Shown here one piece after another: positions 18,401 through 27,551 of a DNA stretch of 64,000 bases (positions are counted from its first letter, which is position 1; every line of letters starts with the position of its first letter). Both the position numbers and the translations under genes were made by a program. This DNA comes from an uncultured Alphaproteobacteria bacterium (GTDB taxonomy: Bacteria; Pseudomonadota; Alphaproteobacteria; Sphingomonadales; Sphingomonadaceae), in assembly GCA_963792555.1 (NCBI GenBank), contig CAWBWP010000004.1, forward strand, positions 592,578 through 656,577. The letters are read 5' to 3'. Under the pieces are notes generated by a model, which saw only the letters and a program-made list of their open reading frames with translations, was not told the origin of the DNA and ran no database searches.

Positions 18401-19834
18401 ACGCTGAGCGGCGTTGCTGCCGGTGTCGTCACGACCGATGCCGTCAACCTCGGCCAGGCGCAGGGCCTGATCGCCGCCTCGGCCGGGGCCTCGCCGATCC
18501 AGTATTCGGCCGCCGCCGCACCGACAACGCCGACGCCCGGCGTCGCTTCCAACGACACGACGCTGGTCGGGGCGGCCGCGGGGGCGGTCGCGCTGCACAA
18601 CGTCGCCGCCGGCGTCGTGGCGACGGGCTCGAACGACGCGGTCAACGGCGGGCAGCTCGCCGCGACCAACGGCCAGGTTGCGGCGAACACCAGCGCCATC
18701 GCCGGCAACACGACGGCGATCGCGACCAACACCGCCAACATCGCAACCAACACGGCCAACATTGCGACCAATACCAGCGCCATCGCCGGCAACACGACGG
18801 CGATCACCAACCTGACCAACGGCACGGCGGGGCTCGTCCAGCAGGCGGGCGGAGCGCCCGGCAACGGCCAGATCACGGTCGGCGCGGCGACCGGCGGGAC
18901 CAGCGTCTCGCTCGTCGGCACCGCCGGCAACCGGACGCTGACCGGCCTGAAGGACGGCATCAACGGCAGCGACGCAGTGACGGTGGCGCAGATCAACAAC
19001 CTGACCGGCGGGCAGCTGAACGTCGTTCAGTATGACACGGCGGCCGATGGTGGGCGCAGCAACACGATCTCGCTGGCCGGCGGCGCACCCGGCGGGGTCG
19101 CGATCAACAACGTCGCCGCCGCTCCGCTGACCGCGACCTCGACTGGCGCGGTCAACGGCGGCCAGCTGTATGCGACCAACACCAACGTCTCGCTGCTCCT
19201 CGGCGGCCAGGCGGGGGCGTTCCAGGCGAACAATGCCGCGGCGGCGGCGGCGCCGGTCGCATCGGGGGCGAACGCAGTGGCCGGCGGCTACGGGGCCAGC
19301 GCAACCGGCGCCGGCGACCTCGCCCTCGGCGCCGGCGCGACGTCGACGGGCACCGGCTCGGTCGCCATCGGCCAGGGGTCGAGCGACGGCGGGGCGACGC
19401 GGGTGGTGTCGGTCGGCAGCGCCGGCAACGAGCGGCGGGTGACCAACGTCGCGCCGGCGCTGAACGGCACCGACGCGGTCAACCTCGCGCAGCTGCAGGC
19501 GGCGACCACCGCCTTCGGCACGACCGCGGCCGGGCTGCAGAACCAGGTCAACGGCCTGCAGACGCAGCTCAACCAGACGAACTTCGACCTCGGGCAGGTT
19601 CGTCGCCGCGCCAACGGCGGGACGGCGGGAGCGATGGCGGTCGCGGGCCTGCCGCAGGCGTTCGAGCCGGGCAAGTCGATGATCGGCGGCGCGGTCGGTT
19701 ACTGGCAGGACCAGGTCGCCTTCGCCATCGGCGTGTCGTCGATCGTCGGCGACCATACCGTGGTCAAGGCGGGCGGCTCGATTAGCAACCAGGGGGTCGG
19801 CGGCTTCAACGCCGGTATCGGGTTCCAGTTCTAA
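15404..19834 (+). CDS. trimeric autotransporter adhesin (YadA/Hia-like), 1476 aa, intact
   Basis: GGGGAG RBS 7 nt upstream. Extended signal peptide MFDTVIVRAGARRGTPAVASALSAFALLLATPAQAAL. Head and stalk are built of NSxAxG / TDAVNGxQL neck-type repeats. The C-terminal YadA-like anchor is ...GTAGAMAVAGLPQAFEPGKSMIGGAVGYWQDQVAFAIGVSSIVGDHTVVKAGGSISNQGVGGFNAGIGFQF*. Confidence 0.85.
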   Translation: MFDTVIVRAGARRGTPAVASALSAFALLLATPAQAALVSACSGVSLPPSAVTGIMRPVLQGIVDPIQGDVNGILGIPLIGALGLPALNINLTGPGGLLTTADAGLPISLSVLKTDGTVLTSADTCNTTTDSIQLNTPQGIAIGGNQITGLGNGSLASAGQIDSIALGNNARTDALSSAALALGPNAVVGANSSGAIALGAGANVADSAAGGIALGNAAAVSYAGAVAIGSGSVTGSVAPTGTGFLTGQAAPAAEASFGAPGAPRRLTNIADGSAPSDAVSVAQLAAENAGRNALGAATAANLGGGASYNPANGTLLAPSYTVQGNTYATVGEALTGLDGGVTGNTAAITNLTTAVNAGTVGTVVRDPVTPGVLLLAGAGGTPAVPGTPQVLRNLANGIVAPGSTDAVTGDQLNSTNVQVLGNSAAIGANTTNINNLSTGLATGTIGLVQQAGGVPGGQLSVGATTGGAVVDFTGTGGPRTLSGVAPGVAATDAVNLGQAQGLATAAAGSLPIQYSAAAAPTTPTPGVASNDTTLVGAAAGAVALHNVAAGVVAAGSTDAVNGDQLATTNAQVTANTGAIGVNAAAISTNSAGIAGNTMAITSLTNGTTGLLQQAGGAPGGGQLTIGAATGGTSLSIAGTDGNRVLSGVAPGVAPTDAANVGQITDAVGTATANAVQYDAPGGVRSNTVTLAGGAPGAVTVTNVAPAALNDVSTDAVNGSQLFATNTQVSSNTTAITSLGTAVTAGTVGTVVRDPVTPDVLLLTGTGGTPGVPGTPQVLRNLANGTIAAGSTDAVTGDQLNSTNAQVAGNSAAIGVNTTNIGNLSTGLANGTIGLVQQAGGAPGSGQLTIGAATGGTSLSIAGTDGNRVLSGVAPGVAPTDAANVGQITDAVGTATANAVQYDAPGGVRSNTVTLAGGAAGPVTVTNVAPAALGASSTDAVNGSQLFATNTQVSSNTTAITSLTNGTAGIVQQASPSAAVTVAAASGGTTVDFTGTSGPRTLSGVAAGVVTTDAVNLGQAQGLIAASAGASPIQYSAAAAPTTPTPGVASNDTTLVGAAAGAVALHNVAAGVVATGSNDAVNGGQLAATNGQVAANTSAIAGNTTAIATNTANIATNTANIATNTSAIAGNTTAITNLTNGTAGLVQQAGGAPGNGQITVGAATGGTSVSLVGTAGNRTLTGLKDGINGSDAVTVAQINNLTGGQLNVVQYDTAADGGRSNTISLAGGAPGGVAINNVAAAPLTATSTGAVNGGQLYATNTNVSLLLGGQAGAFQANNAAAAAAPVASGANAVAGGYGASATGAGDLALGAGATSTGTGSVAIGQGSSDGGATRVVSVGSAGNERRVTNVAPALNGTDAVNLAQLQAATTAFGTTAAGLQNQVNGLQTQLNQTNFDLGQVRRRANGGTAGAMAVAGLPQAFEPGKSMIGGAVGYWQDQVAFAIGVSSIVGDHTVVKAGGSISNQGVGGFNAGIGFQF
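17240..17613. repeat. long direct repeat B1 inside the adhesin gene. It is near-identical (~97%) to 17912-18285, an offset of 672 bp or 224 aa
   Basis: Both copies encode GGAPG(G/S)GQLTIGAATGGTSLSIAGTDGNRVLSGVAPGVAPTDAANVGQITDAVGTATANAVQYDAPGGVRSNTVTLAGGA...VTVTNVAPAAL...STDAVNGSQLFATNTQVSSNTTAITSL. The DNA is almost identical base for base (e.g. 17251-17260 = 17923-17932). Confidence 0.85.
17912..18285. repeat. long direct repeat B2 (partner of 17240-17613)
   Basis: See B1. Further, more diverged repeat pairs are A (16440-16765 vs 17610-17935) and C (16810-17115 vs 18370-18675). Overall the protein reads A-C-B-A-B-C. Confidence 0.85.
18670..18800. repeat. tandem 21-nt (7-aa) repeats encoding (A)TNTANI / NTSAIAG units inside the adhesin gene
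   Basis: ...gcgaccaacaccgccaacatc gcaaccaacacggccaacatt gcgaccaataccagcgccatc gccggcaacacgacggcgatc... encoding ANTSAIAGNTTAIATNTANIATNTANIATNTSAIAGNTTAI. Confidence 0.7.
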
Positions 19835-19859
19835 AACACTGGCCGCGACCCAATCTGAC

Positions 19860-19893
19860 GGCGGGAGCAGCAATGCTCCCGCCGTTTCTTTTG
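19860..19893 (+). terminator. rho-independent terminator after the adhesin gene
   Basis: GGCGGGAGCA gcaa TGCTCCCGCC followed by GTTTCTTTTG. This is a 10-bp perfect stem, 4-nt loop and a T-rich tail, 26 nt after the stop. Confidence 0.7.
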
Positions 19894-20313
19894 ACCGATA
19901 CCGACTGACGGAAGCCGGAGCGGCTCCTGCGATTACTGTCCCGATCGGCTCGAACCCGGCGCAAAATGGTGATGCGCCGCGGAGTTTTGGACAGACCAAG
20001 GCCAACAGCGCGACGAGCAGGGGCGTCAGGCCGTCGATGCGCATCCGACGCGCCCTTCTCCTGGCCGCTCGTGCGCAGGTCCTGATCCGAGCCACCGTCG
20101 CGAGCCACCGTCGCAAGCCATGGGTCCGCCGGACTGACCGCACGCAAGCCCGGCGGTCGGCACGCGCCCCGCGACGGGTCGGCGAAGCTGCCGGCATGTC
20201 GGGCCAATTTTACGGTCGCATGATTACTCACGCGCCCACTCCTCTCGATCCGTAACGGCGAGCGCAGGCAAGGTTCGGATGCGACGCACCTCCCTTGTCG
20301 CTGGAGCACTTCC

Positions 20314-20397
20314 ATGCAGGATTTGATCTGGATTGGCGTCAGCGCAGGCTTCGTGACGTTTGGCCTTCTCTACGTCGCGCTCGCCGACAAGGCCTGA
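20314..20397 (+). CDS. KdpF-like small hydrophobic peptide (27 aa), a paralogue immediately upstream of kdpF
   Basis: MQDLIWIGVSAGFVTFGLLYVALADKA. A TGGAG RBS lies 8 nt upstream. It aligns with the downstream KdpF (MTLDLWLGAATSVGLLVYLVLVLARPERF) as M.(x)DL.W.G....G.LL.Y..L. Confidence 0.45.
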   Translation: MQDLIWIGVSAGFVTFGLLYVALADKA

Positions 20398-20402
20398 CGC
20401 GC

Positions 20403-20492
20403 ATGACCCTCGACCTCTGGCTCGGCGCGGCGACGTCGGTCGGCCTCCTCGTCTACCTCGTCCTCGTCCTCGCCCGCCCCGAGCGGTTCTAG
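20403..20492 (+). CDS. kdpF: K+-transporting ATPase subunit F
   Basis: MTLDLWLGAATSVGLLVYLVLVLARPERF, 29 aa. A single TM peptide in the canonical position directly 5' of kdpA. Confidence 0.7.
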   Translation: MTLDLWLGAATSVGLLVYLVLVLARPERF

Positions 20493-20504
20493 GAAAGCGC
20501 CCGC

Positions 20505-22204
20505 ATGACATTCAATGGTTGGCTGCTGATCGCCGCCGTCGCGGCGCTTGTCGTCGCGATGGCGCGACCGATGGGGGCGTGGCTGTTCGCCCTCTACGAC
20601 GGGCGGGCGGCGCCCGGCGGCGCGGTCGAGCGCGGCTTCTACCGGCTGGCGGGCATCGACCCGGCCGAGGACATGTCGTGGCGGCGGTATGCGGTCCATG
20701 TCCTCATCTTCAGCTTCGCCGGCGTGCTGCTGACCTACGCCTTTCTCCGCGTCCAGGGCGCGCTGCCGCTCAACCCGCTGGGGTTGAAGGCGCTCGACCC
20801 GCACCTCGCGATGAACACGGCGATCAGCTTCGTCACCAACACCAACTGGCAGAGCTATTCGGGCGAAAGCACGATGAGCAATTTCAGCCAGATGGTCGCG
20901 CTGACCGTCCACAACTTCCTGTCGGCGGCGACCGGGATCGCCGTCGCCTTCGCCGTGATCCGCGGCTTCGCCCGCGCGCGAAGCGACTGGCGCTCGGCAA
21001 CTTCTGGGCCGACCTGACGCGGGTCACGCTCTATCTCCTGCTGCCGGTGTCGATCGTCTACGCGCTCGTGCTGGTCGCGCGGCGGCGTGCCGCAGACCTT
21101 CGCCGGATCGGTCGTCGCGACGACGCTCGAAGGCGCGAAGCAGACGCTCGTCCTCGGGCCCGGTCGCGCAGCCAGGAAGCGATCAAGATGTTCGGCACCA
21201 ACGGCGGCGGCTTCTTCAACGCCAACTCGGCGCACCCGTTCGAGAACCCGAGCGCGTGGACCAACCTCATCCAGATGCTGTCGATCTTCGCGCTCGGCGC
21301 AGGGCTGACGCACATGTTCGGCCGCGCGGTCGGCGACCGGCGGCAGGGCTGGGCGATCTTCGCCGCGATGTTCGTGCTGTTCCTCGCCGGCGCCGGCCTC
21401 GCCTATTGGGCGGAGAGCAGCGGGCAACCCCAACCTCCACGCGCTCGGCATCCCCGGCGGCAACATGGAGGGCAAGGAGGTCCGCTTCGGCGTCGCCGCC
21501 TCGGCGCTGTTCGCGACCGTCACCACCGACGCGAGCTGCGGCGCGGTCAACGCGATGCACGACAGCTTCACCGCGCTCGGCGGCATGGTCCCGCTGTTCA
21601 ACATCCAGCTCGGCGAGATCATCTTCGGCGGCGTCGGGTCGGGGCTGTACGGCTTCCTGATCTACTGCATCCTCGTCGGTCTTCGTCGCCGGGCTGATGG
21701 TCGGCCGCAGCCCCGAATATGTCGGCAAGAAGATCGAGGGGCGCGAGGTCAAGCTCGCCGTGCTCGCCATCGCGGTGCTGCCGCTGCTGATCCTGTGCCT
21801 GACCGGGCTCGCCGCGGTGCTGCCGACGGGGCTCGCCGGGCTCAACAACAAGGGGCCGCACGGCTATCAGCGAGATCCTGTATGCCTTCACGCAGCGCGT
21901 CGGGAACAACGGCTCGGCGTTCGCCGGGCTGACCGCGTCCACGCCGTTCTACGACGGGCTGCTCGGCATCGGCATGTGGTTCGGGCGGTTCTTCGTCATC
22001 ATCCCCGTCCTCGCCATCGCCGGGTCGCTCGCCGCCAAGCGCGCGGTTCCCGCCGGCCCGGGGTCGTTCCCCACCACCGGCCCGCTGTGGGTCGGCCTGC
22101 TGATCGGCATCATCCTGATCGTCGGCGGCCTGACCTTCCTGCCCAGCCTCGCGCTCGGGCCGATCGCCGACCATCTCGCGATGGTCTCCGGCAAGCTGTT
22201 CTAA
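20505..22204 (+). pseudogene. kdpA: K+-transporting ATPase subunit A. At least 6 frameshifts as read
   Basis: [43 protein letters not shown]... The remainder is recovered piecewise from three frames: ...[29 protein letters not shown]..., ...[84 protein letters not shown]..., [70 protein letters not shown]..., ...[79 protein letters not shown]. Confidence 0.85.
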
Positions 22205-22215
22205 GGACAGCGACA

Positions 22216-24252
22216 ATGGCCAAGGCCGCCGCTCCCTCGATGTTCTCCGCCCAGCTCGCCGGGCCCGCGCTCGGCGACGCGTTCCGCAAGCTCGCGCCCG
22301 CGCGCGCTGGTCAGGAACCCGGTCATGTTCACCACCGCGGTGGTGGCGGCGCTGCTGACCGTCCTGCTGTTCACCGGCGCGGTCGGGGCTGGCGCTGTCG
22401 TTCCAGATCCAGATCGTCGTCTGGCTGTGGCTGACCGTGCTGTTCGGCAACTTCGCCGAGGCGATCGCCGAGGGGCGCGGCAAGGCGCAGGCCGCGTCGC
22501 TCCGCGCGACCAAGGGCGAGCTGACCGGCAAGCTCCTCGCCGGCGGCAGCAAGGCGTGGGAGAACGTCCCCGCCAGCCGTCTCAAGGTCGGCGACCTCGT
22601 GCTCGTCGAGACCGGCGACCTGATCCCGGCCGACGGCGAAGTCGTCGAGGGCGTCGCCAGCGTCAACGAAGCCGCGATCACCGGCGAGAGCGCGCCCGTC
22701 ATCCGCGAGGCGGGCGGCGACCGCTCGGCGGTGACCGCGGGCACGCGCGTCATCTCGGACCAGATCACGGTCCGCGTCACCGCCGGCCCCGGCCAGGGCT
22801 TCCTCGACCGCATGATCGCGCTCGTCGAGGGCGCGGCGCGGCAGAAGACGCCGAACGAGATCGCGCTGACGATCTTGCTCGTCGGGCTGACGATCATCTT
22901 CCTGATCGCGGTCGGCACGATCCCCGCCTTCGCGCATTACGCCGGCGGCGCGGTGCCCGTCGTGCTGCTCGCGGCGCTGCTGATCACGCTGATCCCGACG
23001 ACGATCGCCGCGCTGCTGTCGGCGATCGGCATCGCCGGCATGGACCGGCTGGTCCGCTTCAACGTGCTGGCCAAGTCGGGCCGCGCGGTCGAGGCGGCGG
23101 GCGACGTCGACGTCCTGCTGCTCGACAAGACCGGCACGATCACCGTCGGCGACCGGCAGGCGACCGAGTTCCGGCCGGTGTCGGGCGTGTCGATGGCCGA
23201 GCTCGCCGAGGCCGTCGCGCTCGCCAGCCTCGCCGACGAGACGCCCGAGGGCCGCTCGATCGTCGTCCTCGCCCGCGAGACGCACGGCATCACCGCGACG
23301 ATGCCGGCGGGGGCCGAGGTCATCCCGTTCAGCGCCGCGACCCGCCTGTCGGGCGTCCGCTTCGGGCCGACCCTGATCGAGAAGGGCGCGGTCGACAGCG
23401 TCATCAAGACGCTCGGCGACCGCGCCGATCCGGCGACGGTGACCGAACTGCGCCGCATGACCGACGAGTTCGCCCGCGCCGGCAAGACGCCGCTGGCGGT
23501 CGCGCGCGACGGGCGCATCCTCGGCGCGGTCGCGCTAAGCGACATCATCAAGGCGGGGATGCGCGAGCGCTTCGCCGAGCTGCGCCGGATGGGCATCCGC
23601 ACGGTGATGATCACCGGCGACAACCCGCTGACCGCCGCCGCGATCGCCGCCGAGGCCGGGGTCGACGATTTCCTCGCGCAGGCGACGCCCGAGGACAAGC
23701 TCGCGCTGATCCGCAAGGAACAGGCCGGCGGCAAGCTCGTCGCGATGTGCGGCGACGGGACCAACGACGCGCCCGCGCTGGCGCAGGCCGACGTCGGCGT
23801 GACGATGAACACCGGCACGCAGGCGGCGCGCGAGGCGGGCAACATGGTCGACCTCGACAGCGACCCGACCAAGCTGATCGAGATCGTCGGCCTCGGCAAG
23901 CAGCTGCTGATGACCCGCGGCGCGCTGACGACCTTCTCGATCGCCAACGACGTCGCCAAATATTTCGCGATCCTGCCGGCGATCTTCGTCGTGCTCTATC
24001 CCGGCCTGTGCGGTGCTCAACGTCATGCACCTCGCCTCGCCCCAAAGCGCGATCCTGTCGGCGATCATCTTCAACGCGCTGATCATCCCGGCGCTGGTGC
24101 CGCTCGCGCTCAAGGGCGTCGCGTACAAGCCGGTCGGGGCGGGCGCGCTGCTGGCGCGCAACCTGACGATCTACGGCCTCGGCGGACTGATCGCGCCGTT
24201 CGTCGGCATCAAGGCGATCGACCTGATCGTCGCCGCGCTCCATCTCGCCTGA
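22216..24252 (+). pseudogene. kdpB: K+-transporting ATPase subunit B (P-type ATPase). At least 3 frameshifts as read, near 22300, 22420 and 24005
   Basis: [28 protein letters not shown].. then the other frame ..[30 protein letters not shown].. Then a long intact block, [32 protein letters not shown]...[16 protein letters not shown]...[31 protein letters not shown]...[80 protein letters not shown]. The C-terminus ([79 protein letters not shown]) is in another frame. Confidence 0.85.
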
Positions 24253-24263
24253 GGACCTGACCC

Positions 24264-24883
24264 ATGGGTAACGATCTTCGCTCCGCCCTCCGCCCGTCGC
24301 TGGTCATGCTGCTGCTGTTCACGCTGCTGACCGGGCTGGCCTATCCCGCGCTGCTGACCGGCATCGCGCAGGCGATCTTCCCGTCGCAGGCGAACGGCAG
24401 CCTCGTCCGCGACGGCGACACCGTCGTCGGCTCCGAACTGATCGGCCAGGCGTTTGCCGCGCCGAAATACTTCCACGGCCGCCCCTCGGCCGCGGGCAAG
24501 GGCTATGACCCGACCGCGAGCGGCGGCTCGAACCTCGGTCCGGCGGCCAAGGGGCTGATCGACCGCGTCAGCGGCGACCTCAAGATCGTCCGTGCGGATG
24601 GCCTGACCGGCGACGTCCCGGCCGACATGGTCACCGCTTCGGCCAGCGGCCTCGATCCCGACATCTCGCCGGCGAACGCCTATGCCCAGGTCGCGCGCGT
24701 CGCCAGGGCCCGCGGGATCGCTGAAGGGACCGTCAAGGCGATGGTCGCTGCCGCCGTGCAGGAACCCCTTGCCGGCGTGCTTGGCGAGCGACGGGTCAAC
24801 GTGCTGCTGCTCAACGTCGGCTCGACGGTTCGGCTGTCGTCAATCGACAACCCGGCGGCGCGAGCGCAAACCCGCCAGCGTGA
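24264..24883 (+). CDS. kdpC: K+-transporting ATPase subunit C, with one frameshift near 24832 as read
   Basis: GAGGA RBS. MGNDLRSALRPSLVMLLLFTLLTGLAYPALLTGIAQAIFPSQANGSLV...ASGLDPDISPANAYAQVARVARARG...ERRVNVLLLNV. After a 1-nt shift it continues LDGSAVVNRQPGGASANPPA*. The stop TGA (24881-24883) overlaps the kdpD GTG. Confidence 0.7.
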
Positions 24884-27551
24884 CCGATCGCGATCGCCCC
24901 GAGCCCGAAGCCTTTCTCGCCGCCGCGCGCGCCGAGGGGCGCGGGCAAGCTCAAGGTGTTTCTCGGTGCCGCTCCCGGGGTCGGCAAGACCTACGAGATG
25001 CTGTCGGACGCCGCCGTCCGCCTGCGCGAAGGGGCCGACGTCGTCGTCGGGCTGGTCGAGACGCACGGCCGCGCCGAGACCGAGGCGCTGGTTCGGCCCG
25101 TTCGCGCTGGTCCCGCGCCGCGTGGTCGACTTCGGCGGGCGGATGCTGACCGAAATGGATCTCGACGCGCTCCTCGCGCGGCGCCCGGGCCTCGCGCTGG
25201 TCGACGAACTCGCGCACACCAACCTGCCCGGCTCGCGCCACCCCAAGCGCTACATGGACATCGACGAGCTGCTCGCCGCCGGCATCGACGTGTTCACGAC
25301 CGTCAACATCCAGCACATCGAATCGCTGAACGACACCGTCGCCAGCTTCACCCGCGTCCGGGTCCGCGAAACGGTGCCCGACCGCGTGCTCGAGGATGCC
25401 GAGATCGAGGTCGTCGACCTGCCGCCCGACGAACTGATCGCGCGGCTGCAGGCGGGCAAGGTCTATGTCCCCGAAGAAGCGTCGCGCGCGCTCGGCCATT
25501 TCTTCAGCCGGTCGAACTTGACCGCCTTGCGCGAACTGGCGCTGCGCCGCGCGGCGCAGGCGATCGACGCGCGAGATGCTGAGCGAACTCCGCGCCCAGT
25601 CGCTCGCCGGGCCCTATGCGGCAGGCGAGCGCGTGCTCGTCGCGGTCAGCGAGCTGCCGAGCGCGCCCGAGCTGGTCCGCGCGGCGAAGCGCCTGGCCGA
25701 CGCGCTCGGCGCGCGCTGGACGGCGCTCCATGTCGAGACGCGGCGCAGCGCTCGGCTCGGCCCGGCCGACCGCCGGCGGCTCGACGACGCGCTGGCGCTG
25801 GCATCGAGCCTCGGGGCCGATACCGCGACGGTCCCCGCCGAGCGGCGTCACCGACGGGTTGATGCGCTTTGCCGCCGATGCGCGGGTCGACGCAGATCGT
25901 CATCGGCAAGTCGCGCCGGTCGTGGTGGTTCCAGCTGCGCCACGGCTCGGTTGTCGACGAGCTGGTGCGGGGCATCGGCGAGGTCGCGATCCACGTGCTC
26001 CCCGCTGGCGAGGGGGCCAGCGCAAGGGCCGAGCCGATGACGCGGGCCGCCGATCCGTCGACGCCGATCGATTACGCCCGCGCCGCCGCGATGGTTGCGC
26101 TGACCACGGGGGTCGACGTGGTGTTCCGCCCGGTGATCGGGCTCAACTCGACCGACCTCGTCTATCTCGTCCCGGTGATGGCGGCGGCGCTGCGGTTCGG
26201 CCTGCGCCCCGGCCTGGCCGCCGGCCTGCTTTCGGCACTGGCCTATAATTTCTTTTTCCTGCCGCCGCTTTACACCTTCACCATCGCCGATCCGCAGAAT
26301 GCGGTGACTGTCGTCGTCCTGCTCGGCGTCGCGGTCATCACCAGCCAGCTCGCGTCGCGCGTCCGGGCGCAGGGCGCGCTCGCGGCGACGTCGGCGCGGC
26401 AGAACGCGGCGCTCGCCGGTTTTGCCCGCGCCCTCGCGGCCGCACCCGACGAGGTCGCGCTGGGTCAGGCGCTCGCCGGCGAGACGTCGGCGCTGTTCGA
26501 TGCGCGTGCCACCTATCTCACGCGCCGCAACGGGGCGCTGGCCGTCGTCGCCGCCGTGCCGCCCAACGAGAACATCGACGCCGTCGCGCTCGCCGCAGCC
26601 GATTGGGCGTTCGACCGCGGCCAGCCTGCCGGGCGGGGGTCGGACACCCTGCCCGCCGCCGACTGGCTGTTCGTGCCGGTCACCGCCGGCGGGGCGACCC
26701 GCGCCGTGTTCGGGCTGGGGCGCGACGACAGCCGCGATCCCGTCCGCGCCGACCAGCGCGGGCTGCTCGCGGCGCTCGTCGACCAGGCGGGACTGGCGCT
26801 GGCGCGGATCGTCGCGGAGCGCGAAATGGCGGGCATTGCCGCCCTCGAGCAGCGCGACCGGCTGCGTTCGGCGCTGCTGGCGAGCATCGGGCACGATCTG
26901 CGCTCGCCGCTCACGACCGTCGTCGCGACCGCCGCCGACCTTCAGGCGCGCTACGGCAACGCCGACCCTGCCTTTGGTGCGTTGGCGTCCGAGGCGGGGC
27001 AACTCCAGCGCTTCGTCACCAACCTGCTCGACATGGCGCGGGTCGAGGCCGGTGCGCTGACCCCCGACGTCACTGCGATCGACCTGACCGATGCGGTGAC
27101 GAGTGCCGTCCACGACGTCCGCCCGGCGCTCGCCGGCCACGCGATCCGCCTCGACGTCGCTCCCGACCTGCCGCTGGTCCGGGCCGACGCGCGGCTGCTG
27201 CACCACTGCCTGATCAACCTGCTCGACAACGCCGGCAAGTTCGGCGCGCCCGGCACGCCGATTGCCGTCGTCGCGACCCGCTCGCCCGATGCGCTGACGC
27301 TTACCGTGCTCGATGAGGGGCCGGGCCTGCCGCCGGGGTTCGCGGCGGCCGCCTTCGACCGCTTTGCGCGGATCGAGGGCAGCGACCGCGCGCGCGAGGG
27401 AACGGGCCTCGGCCTCGCCATCGTCAAGGGGTTCGCCGAGGCGATGGGGTTCACCGTCAGCGCCGCCAACCGCGACGAAAAAACCGGGGCATGCTTCGGC
27501 CTGACGGTGCCGGCACGCTTGCTGGTCCGGGTCGGCCACGAGGCGGCGTGA
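24880..27551 (+). pseudogene. kdpD: sensor histidine kinase KdpD. About 6 frameshifts as read, near 24940, 25095, 25570, 25860 and others
   Basis: VTDRDRPEPEAFLAAARAEGRG, then after a shift KLKVFLGAAPGVGKTYEMLSDAAVRLREGADVVVGLVETHGRAETEAL. Then ...VPRRVVDFGGRMLTEMDLDALLARRPGLALVDELAHTNLPGSRHPKRYMDIDELLAAGIDVFTTVNIQHIESLNDTVA... and MLSELRAQSLAGPYAAGERVLVAVSE (Usp domain). Then the membrane and HK part QIVIGKSRRSWWFQLRHGSVVDELVRGIGEVAIHVLP...SIGHDLRSPLTTV...VLDEGPGLPPGF...GTGLGLAIVKGFAEAMGFTVSAANRDEKTGACFGLTVP, 25869-27551, intact. Confidence 0.85.

Noticed and set aside
19900-20200. Minus-strand small ORF (MRIDGLTPLLVALLALVCPKLRG...) downstream of the adhesin
   Set aside because: It runs antisense through the adhesin terminator and 3' end, with no RBS. 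It is probably non-coding intergenic DNA. A 13-bp tandem gagccaccgtcgc x2 at 20087-20112 was noted but is trivial.
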